Assembly (NCBI GenBank): GCA_044222065.1
Contig: JBGAOA010000067.1
Span: 1 to 22,717 of the forward strand
DNA from: Candidatus Eiseniibacteriota bacterium
Lineage (GTDB): Bacteria > Eisenbacteria > RBG-16-71-46
DNA: 22,717 nucleotides
Direction of reading: 5' to 3'
The notes below the pieces were generated by a model. It made no database searches. It had not been told where the DNA came from and saw nothing but the letters and a program-made list of their open reading frames with translations. Every line of letters begins with the position of its first letter. Position 1 is the stretch's first letter. The translations under genes and the position numbers were made by a program. This document shows, piece after piece, positions 6,641-15,856 of the stretch.

Positions 6641-7240
6641 TCACCAGTACGTGCGCGTCCAGGCGACCTTCGCGGACACCCGGCCGGTCGAGGGCTTGAA
6701 TCCGCCGAACACGGGATTGTCGGCCTCGGCGTCGCTGGCGACCGACGTCACGCGGACGTACACGCCGAGCAGGCTGTTGTGATCGATCGGGGTGTGCACG
6801 CCGCCCGAGACGAACAGGCCGGGCTGGAAGTCGGAGTAATCGGCGCCCGTGCGATAGAGCTTCGTGTAGACGGCCGAGAACCCGGTGCCGAAGAACGGAT
6901 GGACCGGCGCCTTCCACTTGAAGTGCCAGAGCATCTCGAAGCTCGCCGGCAGTTCGATCTGCGACGAGCTGCTGAAGCGTCCGAGCAGGTTGTGCTCGAG
7001 CGAGCCCGCGAGCATCAGGTGCGTGCCGACCACGCGGCCGTAGCTCACGCCGTAGCCGATGTTGCCGTTGGCGGCGTCCTCGTCGAGGCTGCGCGCGTAG
7101 CCGCCGCGGAACGAAATCCAGTGCGCGCCCTTGCTCCACGCATCGGGCGCATCTTCGGCGCGCGAGGCGCCGGCGGTCGCGAGCGCGGCGGCGAGCACGG
7201 CGGCCGCGACCACGAGCGACCGCGCAGAGCGGAACGTCAT
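6641..7240 (-). CDS. Outer-membrane beta-barrel protein (OmpA/OmpW-like, small barrel)
   Basis: Start MTFRSARSLVVAAAVLAAALATAGASRA (AGGAG upstream). Alternating beta-strand pattern, HPFFGTG, aromatic C-terminus (WTRTYW). Confidence 0.75.
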   Translation of the reverse strand: MTFRSARSLVVAAAVLAAALATAGASRAEDAPDAWSKGAHWISFRGGYARSLDEDAANGNIGYGVSYGRVVGTHLMLAGSLEHNLLGRFSSSSQIELPASFEMLWHFKWKAPVHPFFGTGFSAVYTKLYRTGADYSDFQPGLFVSGGVHTPIDHNSLLGVYVRVTSVASDAEADNPVFGGFKPSTGRVSAKVAWTRTYW

Positions 7241-7601
7241 CGGAGAGCTGCTCCTTTCGGGATCACCCGGTCGGGTGGATCGCTCCGAGGCCGCGGCCGC
7301 GGGCGGCGCGGCGGCCTCGAGCGCGTGCCCGAGTCGCGCGAAGCGCACCCACGGGCGCAAAGAGGCCGGGACCGTAGCAAACGGGCCGCGGCGCGGACAA
7401 GGGCGGTGCCGCGGGGCGCCGGAGGCGCTGCGCGCTCGTCGAAGCGGCGCGTTGCCCGGGCTCCCGCGCTCCCGCTCGGGGCTCGATGCGCGTGCGCGGA
7501 CGCCGCGCGCCGCGAGAGAGCGTTCGATCGGCGGCGAATGCCCGGCGCTCGCCCCCGCACCGCTTCCCCGCGCGCGGCGGCTTCCGTTATGGTCCGCGAC
7601 G

Positions 7602-8873
7602 ATGCGTGCCAGGACTCCCCGCACTCCGGCGCTGCGCTATCGCGCGGCGCGTCGGACCGACGTCGAGACGCTCGCCGAGCTCGGCTTCCGCGCCTATCGC
7701 GTGGCGAGCCTCGAGAAGCGGCGCGAGTTCTACACGGATCACCCGCGCTTCACGATCAAGGACGTGCGGGTCGCCGAGCTCGACGGCCAGATCGTGGCCT
7801 CGCTCGTCCTCTACCCGCTCGTCGGCTACGTGCGCACCCAGAAGCTGCCGTTCGTCGGCATCGGCTCGGTCGCCGTGTCGCCCGAGCACCGCCGCCGCGG
7901 CGTCGGCGAGACGCTGCTGCGTTCGGCGCTGCGCGAGATGCGGCAGAACGGCCAGCCCTACACGACGCTCTACGCGTTCCGCGGCTCCTACTACCGCAAG
8001 ATGGGCTGGGGGCCGGTCGAGCAGGTTCAGCAGCTCACGGTCTCGCCGAAGAACCTGCCGCACTCGGAGCAGGCGCGGAACGTCCGGCGCCTCACGCTGC
8101 CCGACCGGCCCGCCGTGCAGGCGCTCTACGAGCGCATCGCGATGCAGGGTCACTTCGCGCTCACGCGCAAGCCCGAGTGGTGGGCGCAGCGGCTCTGGAC
8201 GCTCGGCGGCGACTGGGTCGTGTACGAGGGCAAGCGCCGCGGACACATCGAGGGTTACCTCTACTACGAAACGGACCACTCGCGCGGGCCGTTCGCGCTC
8301 GAACTCGAGCTGCGCGAATTCGCCGCCGCCACGCCCGACGCGCACCGCGCGCTCGTCGGCTACCTCGCGTCGCTGTCCGACCAGGTCGCGCAGATCGAAG
8401 CGTGCGTGCCCGCGGACAACGCGTGGTTCACGCTGCTCAAGTCCGCCGAGAACCTGAAGCCGGGCCCGCAGCTCGGCGTCTTCACCGACACGGGCAACGT
8501 CGCGACCGGACTCATGCTGCGGCTCACCGACGTGAAGGCCGCGCTCGAGCAGTTCCCGGTCGCGCCCGCCGCGCGCGGCGACGTCGCGATCGAGGTCGCC
8601 GACGAGCAGCTACCGCAGAACGCGCGCGTGTACCGCGTCTCGGCGCGCGAGGGGCGCCTCAAGGTGGCGCCCGAGTCCGCGCGGCACGCGCGCACGCGAA
8701 CGCCGCGCGTGTCGCTCGGCGTGGACACGCTCGCAACGCTCGTCGCCGGCACGCTCTCGCCCGCGCGCGCGGCCGAAGTCGGGCTCGCCGAGTCGAGCGA
8801 CGGCGGCGTCGAGACGCTCGAGTACTGGTTCCGTACGCGGCCCGCGTTCCTCTACCCGCTGAACGGCTTCTAG
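7602..8873 (+). CDS. Eis-like GNAT acetyltransferase with C-terminal SCP2-like domain
   Basis: VGIGSVAVSPEHRRRGVG acetyl-CoA motif, LYAFRGSYYRKMGW, MLRLTDVKAALE, C-terminal Phe (LNGF). 423 aa from ATG 7602. Confidence 0.85.
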   Translation: MRARTPRTPALRYRAARRTDVETLAELGFRAYRVASLEKRREFYTDHPRFTIKDVRVAELDGQIVASLVLYPLVGYVRTQKLPFVGIGSVAVSPEHRRRGVGETLLRSALREMRQNGQPYTTLYAFRGSYYRKMGWGPVEQVQQLTVSPKNLPHSEQARNVRRLTLPDRPAVQALYERIAMQGHFALTRKPEWWAQRLWTLGGDWVVYEGKRRGHIEGYLYYETDHSRGPFALELELREFAAATPDAHRALVGYLASLSDQVAQIEACVPADNAWFTLLKSAENLKPGPQLGVFTDTGNVATGLMLRLTDVKAALEQFPVAPAARGDVAIEVADEQLPQNARVYRVSAREGRLKVAPESARHARTRTPRVSLGVDTLATLVAGTLSPARAAEVGLAESSDGGVETLEYWFRTRPAFLYPLNGF

Positions 8874-8907
8874 GCCTCCCACTCGCTCACGCCCGGAGAC
8901 CGCGCCC

Positions 8908-9348
8908 GTGCCGATTCCCGGCTTTCCCGTCACGCACGAACTCACGCCCCGCTTTCGCGACACCGACGCGATGGGGCACGTCAACAACGCCGTGTACGTC
9001 ACGTACCTCGAGGTCGCGCGCCAGGAGTACTGGCGCGCGATGGCGAAGGAGCTGGACTACTCGCGCGTGCCGTTCATCCTCGCTCACGTGTCCATCGACT
9101 TCCGCTCCGAGGCGCTCGTGAACGAAGTCCTCCAGCTCGCCGTGCGCTGCGACTGGATCGGCGGGAAGTCGTTCGGGTTCTCGTACGAGATCCGCGACCG
9201 CGCGACGGAACGCCTCGTCGTCGAGGCCACCTCGGTGCAGGTGTGCTACGACTACGATGCGAAGCGCAGCATCCCCGTGCCCGATTCGCTGCGGCGCCAG
9301 CTCGAGACCCTCGAGGGCCGCACGATCGGAGCGAAGGAGCCGGCATGA
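8908..9348 (+). CDS. Acyl-CoA thioesterase (4HBT/YbgC hotdog fold)
   Basis: RFRDTDAMGHVNNAVYVTYLEVAR. Confidence 0.92.
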   Translation: MPIPGFPVTHELTPRFRDTDAMGHVNNAVYVTYLEVARQEYWRAMAKELDYSRVPFILAHVSIDFRSEALVNEVLQLAVRCDWIGGKSFGFSYEIRDRATERLVVEATSVQVCYDYDAKRSIPVPDSLRRQLETLEGRTIGAKEPA

Positions 9349-9650
9349 AGCGATCCTCGATTTCGCGCCGCAAGTTCCTCACGCTCGCCGCCGCCGGCGC
9401 CGCGGCGACGATCGCCGCCCCCGCGACCGCCGCGACTCCGTCGCGCACGAAGCCGGCGCGCCGGCCCGAGCCGAAGCCCGCCCCCGGCGCTCCGGGCCGC
9501 CGCACCGCGAGCGCGGCCGAGATCGAGAAGCTCAGGGGCTACACGGCCGAGTCGCTCAAGGCGATCCGCGCGTACGCGCTTCCGCCCGGCAGCGACCTCG
9601 CGTTCAGCTTCCGCCCGCTCAAGCCGCGGCGCGGCCGCCGGGAGGACTGA
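9345..9650 (+). CDS. Small Tat-signal protein, putative amidase partner subunit (101 aa)
   Basis: ATGA overlap with the thioesterase and AAGGAG RBS. Begins MKRSSISRRKFLTLAAAG. Ends 3 nt before the amidase ATG. Confidence 0.75.
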   Translation: MKRSSISRRKFLTLAAAGAAATIAAPATAATPSRTKPARRPEPKPAPGAPGRRTASAAEIEKLRGYTAESLKAIRAYALPPGSDLAFSFRPLKPRRGRRED

Positions 9651-9653
9651 GCC

Positions 9654-11054
9654 ATGCTCGGCGAAGACGTGCTTTTCTTGAGCGTCGCGGAACTCGGCGC
9701 GCGCATGCGTGCGCGCGCGCTTTCGCCGGTCGAACTCACCGAGGCCTACCTCGCGCGCTGCCGCCGGCTCGGCGACCGCCTGAACGCGATCGCCACACTC
9801 ATGCCCGAGGTTGCGCTCGAACAGGCGCGCAGGGCCGAGTCCGAGATCCGCGCGAACAAGTGGCGCGGCCCGCTGCACGGCGTGCCATACCTCGCGAAAG
9901 ATCTGTTCGCCGCGGCCGGCGCGCCGACGACGTGGGGCGCCGCGCCGTGCCGCGAGCAGCGCTTCGACCACGACGCGACGGTGATCGTGAAGCTGCGCGA
10001 GGCCGGCGCGGTGCTGCTCGGCAAGAGCGCGATGATCGAGTTCGCGGGCTGCCTCGGCTACCGCTTCGCCGACGCCTCGCTCCAGGGCCCGTGCCGCACG
10101 CCGTGGAATCTCGGGCGCTGGGCGGGCGGATCGTCGTCCGGCTCGGGCGCCGCGGTCGCCGCCGGGCTGTGCGCGTTCGCGCTCGGCACCGAGACCTGGG
10201 GCTCGATCCTGTGTCCGGCGGCGTTCAACGGCCTCACCGGCCTCCGGCCGACCTACGGCCGCGTGAGCCGCTTCGGCGCGATGGTCGGGTCGTGGACGTT
10301 CGACAAGGTCGGGCCGCTCGCGCGCGAAGCGGCCGACTGCCGGCTCGTGCTGCGCGCGATCGCCGGCGCCGATCCGCGCGATCCGAGCACGACGAGCGAG
10401 CCGCTGCCGTCCGAGGGGGCGCGCACGCGCCCGTCGTCGCTGCGCGGCGCGATCGTGAACCTCGACTTCACGAAGTTTGGCGAGCCCGAAGTGAAGGCGG
10501 CCTTCGAGCGCTCGCTCGAAGACCTGCGCGCGCTCGGCGTGACGCTCGAGGAAGCGGCACTGCCCTCGCTTCCGGCCTCGGAGGCCGCCGGCGTGATCAT
10601 CACGGCCGAGGCGCTCTCGACGTTCGAGAACTACTTCGCCGACGGCGGCGTGAAGCAGCTCAGCGACCCCTACGCGGCGCACCAGCGCGAGATCAACCGC
10701 GACCTGCGCGGCGACGACGTCGTGAAGGCGTGGCGCATCCGCCGGGTGCTGCAGGAGAAGATGAGCGAGTTCTTCGGCCGCTACGACGTCCTCGTGTCAC
10801 CGAACTTCATGTCGGTCGCGCCGCCGATCGAGCGCGACCTGTACGAGACGCTGCCGTACCCCGACCCCGTCGGCGGCGTCGGGAACGCCTGCGGGCTGCC
10901 CGCGATCGCGCTCCCGAACGGCTTCGGCCGCGACCACTGCCCGACGAGCTTCCAGCTCGTCGCTGCCCCTTACGAAGAAGGACCGCTGCTCGACCTCGCC
11001 GAGGCCTACCAGCGTCGGACCCGATGGCACCGGGAGCATCCGGTGCTGCAGTGA
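9654..11054 (+). CDS. Amidase-signature family enzyme (GatA/AtzE-like)
   Basis: GPLHGVPYLAKD (catalytic Lys), GGSSSGSGAAVAAG, GTETWGSILCPA (nucleophile Ser), GLRPTYGRVSRFG. Confidence 0.93.
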   Translation: MLGEDVLFLSVAELGARMRARALSPVELTEAYLARCRRLGDRLNAIATLMPEVALEQARRAESEIRANKWRGPLHGVPYLAKDLFAAAGAPTTWGAAPCREQRFDHDATVIVKLREAGAVLLGKSAMIEFAGCLGYRFADASLQGPCRTPWNLGRWAGGSSSGSGAAVAAGLCAFALGTETWGSILCPAAFNGLTGLRPTYGRVSRFGAMVGSWTFDKVGPLAREAADCRLVLRAIAGADPRDPSTTSEPLPSEGARTRPSSLRGAIVNLDFTKFGEPEVKAAFERSLEDLRALGVTLEEAALPSLPASEAAGVIITAEALSTFENYFADGGVKQLSDPYAAHQREINRDLRGDDVVKAWRIRRVLQEKMSEFFGRYDVLVSPNFMSVAPPIERDLYETLPYPDPVGGVGNACGLPAIALPNGFGRDHCPTSFQLVAAPYEEGPLLDLAEAYQRRTRWHREHPVLQ

Positions 11055-11174
11055 CGTCTCACCGCGAGCGCGCGGAGGGGAGGCCGCACCTCTCCGTCCG
11101 GTCCCCGATCGGAATCCGTCCGCTCCCTCCCGGCTTTCGCGACCCGCTCGCGGAGGCGTAGAATCGAGGGTGCC

Positions 11175-11645
11175 ATGCCGCTCCAAGAAGAGATCCAGCA
11201 GAGGACGCCGTTCCGCTCGCTGCAGGAAGAGGCGTTCCTCAATCTATACCGCACGACCCGCCTGCTGCTCGATCGCTGGCTCGAGTTCTTCAAGAGCTAC
11301 GACCTCACCGACAGCACGTACACGGTGCTGCGCATCCTGCGCGGCGCGGGCGAAGAAGGCCTGTCGTGCGGCGACATCGGCGCGCGCATGCTGCATCGCG
11401 ATCCCGACGTCACGCGGCTGTGCGACCGCATGGAAGAGCGCGGCCTCGTCGAGCGCTCGCGTTCGAGCGAGGACCGGCGCGTGCGCAAGGTGCGCCTCAC
11501 GCCGAGCGGGCTCGAACTCGTGAACTCGATGCAGGAGCCCACGGACCGCCTGCACCTCGACCTCCTGAGCCACATGGAAGAGGCCGACCTGCGCCGGCTG
11601 ATCGAGCTGCTCGAAAAAGCGCGCGCACCTTTGACCGCCCGCTGA
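11175..11645 (+). CDS. MarR-family transcriptional regulator
   Basis: YTVLRILRGAG, DVTRLCDRMEERGLVERSRSSEDRRVRKVRLTPSG. TAGAAT -10-like element at 11159-11164. Confidence 0.93.
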   Translation: MPLQEEIQQRTPFRSLQEEAFLNLYRTTRLLLDRWLEFFKSYDLTDSTYTVLRILRGAGEEGLSCGDIGARMLHRDPDVTRLCDRMEERGLVERSRSSEDRRVRKVRLTPSGLELVNSMQEPTDRLHLDLLSHMEEADLRRLIELLEKARAPLTAR

Positions 11646-11680
11646 CTCGCCCGCGCGTCCGCCGCCTCATCCTCGTGCGC

Positions 11681-12637
11681 ATGCTCCGGCGCCCCTGTGC
11701 CTCGCTGCGCGCGTGTCTGCTGGCCGCGCTCCTCGTCCAGGGCTTCGCCGCGGGCGCCCGCGCCGCCGCGTCGCCGGCTGCGCGCGATACCGTGGCCACG
11801 CCGGACTCGCTGCTCACGCTCGCGACGAAGGGCGCGCTCGTCCGCGCCGCGACGCGCACGGCCCTGATCGACGCGGGCCGGCAGGTCGAGCAGTGCCGCG
11901 CGCAGCTCGAGCACGCGACCGGCGGTCGGCCCGACCCGATCACCGTGATCGTCGTGCCGTTCGCGTGGGCCTCCGCGCGCGAGGAGGCGCAACGGCGCGT
12001 CGCGGCCGGCGAGCGCGTCGTGCTGTGGGTGGGGCCGACACTCAAGCCGCGCCGCGTCTCCGACGCGGGCCCGCTCGCCGACCCCGAAGCGGCGTTCCAG
12101 CACACGGTCGGTCACGCGCTCGTCGAATCGTGGGCGGCCGCCGCGCGCGCGCGCAATCGCTTCGAGGGCGAGCCCGTGACCGGACTCGTCGAGGGCCCGG
12201 TCCGCACCGCGCCCGCCGTCGCGCATCCCACGGACGGCGCGCTCGCGCACCGCGGCGCCGACCGGCTGCCGGACTGGTACGAGGAAGCCCTCGCCGTGAC
12301 GTGCGAGCCGATGGGCGCGCAGCGCGCGCGCATCGAGTGGCTGAGGACGCGGATCGAGAAGCGCGTTCCGTTCCCGAAGCTGCTCGCGCTTCAGACCCCC
12401 GAGCCGCGTCCGGCCGTGTTCGGTTCGGAGTCCTACGCGCTCCTGCGCTTCCTGCTCGACCAGGAGGACGCCTACTTCCTGACGCGCCTCGCCGGGGGAC
12501 TGCTGCGCGGCACGCCGCTCCCCGAAGTGCTCGCGGGCGCGTCGGCGGTGTACTCGAAGGCCGAAGCGCTCGAAGGCCAGTGGCTCGAATGGATGAAGGA
12601 CCCTTCGCGCCGCTTCGCCGCCCATCGATCCCCCTAG
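11681..12637 (+). CDS. Secreted peptidase-MA/gluzincin-like protein with degenerate HTxxH motif
   Basis: Signal-like N-terminus, FQHTVGHAL at the HExxH position, LPDWYEEALA (PxWxxEGxA-like), SYALLRFL. Confidence 0.6.
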   Translation: MLRRPCASLRACLLAALLVQGFAAGARAAASPAARDTVATPDSLLTLATKGALVRAATRTALIDAGRQVEQCRAQLEHATGGRPDPITVIVVPFAWASAREEAQRRVAAGERVVLWVGPTLKPRRVSDAGPLADPEAAFQHTVGHALVESWAAAARARNRFEGEPVTGLVEGPVRTAPAVAHPTDGALAHRGADRLPDWYEEALAVTCEPMGAQRARIEWLRTRIEKRVPFPKLLALQTPEPRPAVFGSESYALLRFLLDQEDAYFLTRLAGGLLRGTPLPEVLAGASAVYSKAEALEGQWLEWMKDPSRRFAAHRSP

Positions 12638-12652
12638 CACCGGAGCCCGACG

Positions 12653-13921
12653 TTGAACCGCACCCCGCACCGCATCCTCGCGTCCGCCGTCCTCGCCGCC
12701 CTCCTGCCGCTGCTCGCCGCCGCGCCGCACGCGCGCGCCGAAGGCGCGCCCCCTCTGCCGCGCGTCGCGACGGCCACCCAGCCGCGCGTGCTGTTCGACA
12801 ACGCGCACGCCGAGACCGCCGGGAACGCGGACTGGATCATCGACACGGATCAGCCGGTGCCGGTGCCCGACCAGTCCACGGTCACGCCCGCGACGCCGCG
12901 CACCTACTGGCTCGGCGCCACGTCCTCGTGGGGGATCGACCTCGTGAAGCGCGGCTTCTACGTCGCGACGAACACGGCCCCGCTCGCCTACGGCGGCGCC
13001 GGGGCCTACGACCTGTCGCAGTGGGACGTGCTCGTCGTGTGCGAGCCGAACACGAAGTTCACCGCCGGCGAGTCGGCCGCGATCCTGCAGTTCATCGCGG
13101 ACGGCGGCGGCCTCGTCGCGGTCGTGGACCACGACAACTCGGACCGCAACGGCGACGGCTTCGATTCGCCGAAGATCTGGAACGCGCTCGATCCGACGCA
13201 GCTGCTCGGCATCCACTCGCAGTCCACGGGCGAGACGAACAACAACATCACGCAGGACTCGGGCAACGAGGAGACGTCACCGGCGGACTCGGTGACGCAC
13301 GGCCCGTACGGCGTCGCCGACAGCCTGTCGTTCCACAACGGCACCACGTTCGTGCTCAACCCGGCCGCGAACCCGCGCGTGCGCGGGCTGTTCTGGATGA
13401 ACGGCCTCGCGCACGGGAACACCGGCGTGATGGCGGCGCGCAGCGAGTACGGCAGCGGCCGCGTCGTGTTCGTCGGCGACAGCTCGCCCGCCGACGACGG
13501 CAGCGCGCAGCCCGGCAACAGCAGCATCTTCGACGGCTGGGGCGAGGCCGCGGGCCGCGACAGCATTCTGTTCCTGAACGCGACGCGCTGGGTCGCGCGC
13601 CGCTACGAAACGGTCGGCTCGCCGCTCGGGGGACTCGAGCGCGGCGGGCTCGCGCTGGCCGCGCCGGCGCCGAACCCGTCGCGCGACGCGGTCGTGCTGC
13701 GCTTCGCCCTGCCGCGCGCGACGCGGGCGCGGCTCGAGGTGTGGGACGTCGCAGGCCGGCGCGTGCGCGTGATCGGCGACGGCGACTCCCCCGCGGGCGA
13801 ACACGCGGCGACGTGGGACGGCCGCGACGCCGCGGGCGGACTCGCGCCCGCGGGCGTCGACCTCGCGCGCCTCGTCACGCCCGAGGGCGACGTCGCGCGC
13901 CGCTTCGTGCGCGTGCGCGGA
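12653..13921 (+). CDS. Secreted protein with GIFT/class I GATase-like domain and C-terminal FlgD-Ig tag; expected stop codon reads GGA, so the end shown is inferred
   Basis: TTG start with GGAG, signal peptide, VLFDNAHAETAGNADWIID, DVLVVCEPN, GRVVFVGDSSP. The tail PAPNPSR...VWDVAGRRVR...WDGRD...RRFVRVR is a typical terminal FlgD-like tag. A hairpin and a convergent gene follow. Confidence 0.7.
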
Positions 13922-13926
13922 ACGAC

Positions 13927-13963
13927 CGCGGCGCGCGGCGGAGCGATCCCGCCGCGCGCCGCG
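13927..13963. terminator. 15-bp hairpin between convergent genes
   Basis: CGCGGCGCGCGGCGG 13927-13941 / CCGCCGCGCGCCGCG 13949-13963. Confidence 0.65.
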
Positions 13964-13981
13964 CGCGCTTCACGTGCCGCC

Positions 13982-15856
13982 TCAGATCGCGTCGGCGAGC
14001 TTGAGCGTCTTCTTCTGCACGCGCCCCGCGCGCGAGAAGCCGATCTCGATCTTCGTCCCGACCGGCGCGTCCTCGGTCAGCTTCTCGACGCCCGTCAGGT
14101 CGAGTTCGAGCGGCGGCTTGCCGTTCACGCTCACGATCTCGTCGCCGACCGCGAGGCCCGCCTTCGCCGCCGGCGAGCCCGGCAGCACCTGCCCGACGAC
14201 GATTTTGCCGTCGCGCTGCACGAGCTGCGCGCCGAAGCCTCCGAAGCGGAACGGCGTGTCGAAGCGCGCCCCGGGCTCCAGGTGGATCTCGCGCCGCTCG
14301 TAGTCGATCGTCAGCTTGAAGCGGTCGAAGACTTCGTTTCCGAAGTTGCCCGCGTAGTCCTCGCTCGCGAGCGCGCCGGTCTCGGCGCCGAAGAACGACA
14401 CGATCGGCGCGCTCCACGCGTACGGCCCCACTTCGAGCTTTTTCGCGCGCGCGACGTAGTTCGTGAACGTGCCGCCGAAGCCGCCGCCCGTGGCCTCGAG
14501 CGTCTTCCCCGCCTTCGCCTTGAGGTCGTGCTTCTTCCAGAACGGCCCGTGCAGGTCGAGGCTGCCGCTGCTGCCGACGTCGAGCCGCCCCTCACCCTCG
14601 ATCGCGCCGTCGAGCTTGAACTTCACGACCGGCACGTGGCCGCTGATCGTGATCGGCAGCGTCGCGCCCTTCCCTTCGTAGCGGAAGCCCTTCGGATCGA
14701 CGAGCCGGATCGTGCCGTGGTCGTAGTCGATCTCGTTCACGAAGCGGCTGATCACGTCGTAGCCCACGATGCCCGCGCAGCGCCGCCAGAAGAACGGACC
14801 GAGCATCGAGTTCACGTCGAGGATCCCGACCTTCACGCCCTTCACTTCGACGCCGTCGCCGTCGGCGCCCGCGAGCTTCAGCGAGGCGATCTCGCCGAAC
14901 GACGCGCTGCCCGCGGCGCCCGCGCCCTGCCCCTGCATGGAACCCTGGCGCGCGATTCCGAGTTCGGCCGCGTACGCGCTGTCGATCACGGTGACGCTCG
15001 CGCCCGTGTCGTAAAGGAAGTCCACCGGCGCGCCGCCGTTGACCGCCGCCTTGAGCCACACGTGCTTCGCGCGATAGTCCACCGGGATCGTCGCCGCGCC
15101 AGGAGTCTTCAGGAACGCGGGCGCGTTCGAGGCCTCGGGCAGCGTGAAGCGCGACGCCGGGATCGCGACGTTGAACTCGACCGTGTCCACCGACACGGTG
15201 AGCGTGTTCATCGCCATGCCTTCGACTTCCTGCACGAGGCGGAACGCGATCTTCTGCCCGTTCACCTCGCGCCAGTCCGAGGACCGGCCGATCATCGTCT
15301 GCCGGTCGTTCTGCGCCACGGTCTTCGCGAGCAGCCCGGTCTTCTTGTCGAAGTGCAGCGAGCGCGCCCGGCCCTTCGGCGGCGTCACCTCGAGCACGTC
15401 GTACGCGCCGAGCGAGTCCTTCGCCTCGCCCGCGAACGCGATTTTGCCGCCGCCTTCACCGGCCGTGAGCCACTGCTCGTTCTCGAACCACGTGTTCGCG
15501 ACCGCGTCCTCGAGGTCCTTGCCGTCGAGCACGTTCGCCTTCCCGCTCGGATCCGAGCGCCACGCCTTCGGTCCGTTCGAGCCCGAGATCAGCTTGAACG
15601 GGCCGAGCGCGATCTCGCTCGCGCTGCGATCGGGACGCTCCGACCAGCTGCGCATCGTGCCCTTGAGGCCGAACGCCGAGATGGACGCGACGGTGCGCTG
15701 CGAGCGGATGTTCTCCCAGGCGGCGCGGCCGCCGATCGCGGCGAGATAGCGCTCCACGACGGGCTTCGCGGCAGGGGCCAATTCGGCCGCGGCGGGAGGC
15801 GCCGCGGCGATCAACGCCGCGAAGGCGCACGACCACACTCGAACGAGACGAGGCAT
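13982..15856 (-). CDS. Secreted aspartyl protease with two retropepsin-like domains and a C-terminal PDZ domain
   Basis: Start MPRLVRVW (GGAG upstream). FLYDTGAS..GIVGYD and RLDVGSSG..GNFGNE; PDZ motif VLPGSPAAKAGLAVGDEIVSVNG. TAGATT -10-like element at 15926-15921. Confidence 0.88.
   Translation of the reverse strand: MPRLVRVWSCAFAALIAAAPPAAAELAPAAKPVVERYLAAIGGRAAWENIRSQRTVASISAFGLKGTMRSWSERPDRSASEIALGPFKLISGSNGPKAWRSDPSGKANVLDGKDLEDAVANTWFENEQWLTAGEGGGKIAFAGEAKDSLGAYDVLEVTPPKGRARSLHFDKKTGLLAKTVAQNDRQTMIGRSSDWREVNGQKIAFRLVQEVEGMAMNTLTVSVDTVEFNVAIPASRFTLPEASNAPAFLKTPGAATIPVDYRAKHVWLKAAVNGGAPVDFLYDTGASVTVIDSAYAAELGIARQGSMQGQGAGAAGSASFGEIASLKLAGADGDGVEVKGVKVGILDVNSMLGPFFWRRCAGIVGYDVISRFVNEIDYDHGTIRLVDPKGFRYEGKGATLPITISGHVPVVKFKLDGAIEGEGRLDVGSSGSLDLHGPFWKKHDLKAKAGKTLEATGGGFGGTFTNYVARAKKLEVGPYAWSAPIVSFFGAETGALASEDYAGNFGNEVFDRFKLTIDYERREIHLEPGARFDTPFRFGGFGAQLVQRDGKIVVGQVLPGSPAAKAGLAVGDEIVSVNGKPPLELDLTGVEKLTEDAPVGTKIEIGFSRAGRVQKKTLKLADAI

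Noticed and set aside
9654..11054. Calling the amidase gatA
   Set aside because: No gatB nearby, and the motif is GTETWGS rather than the GatA-type GSDTGGSIRQPA.
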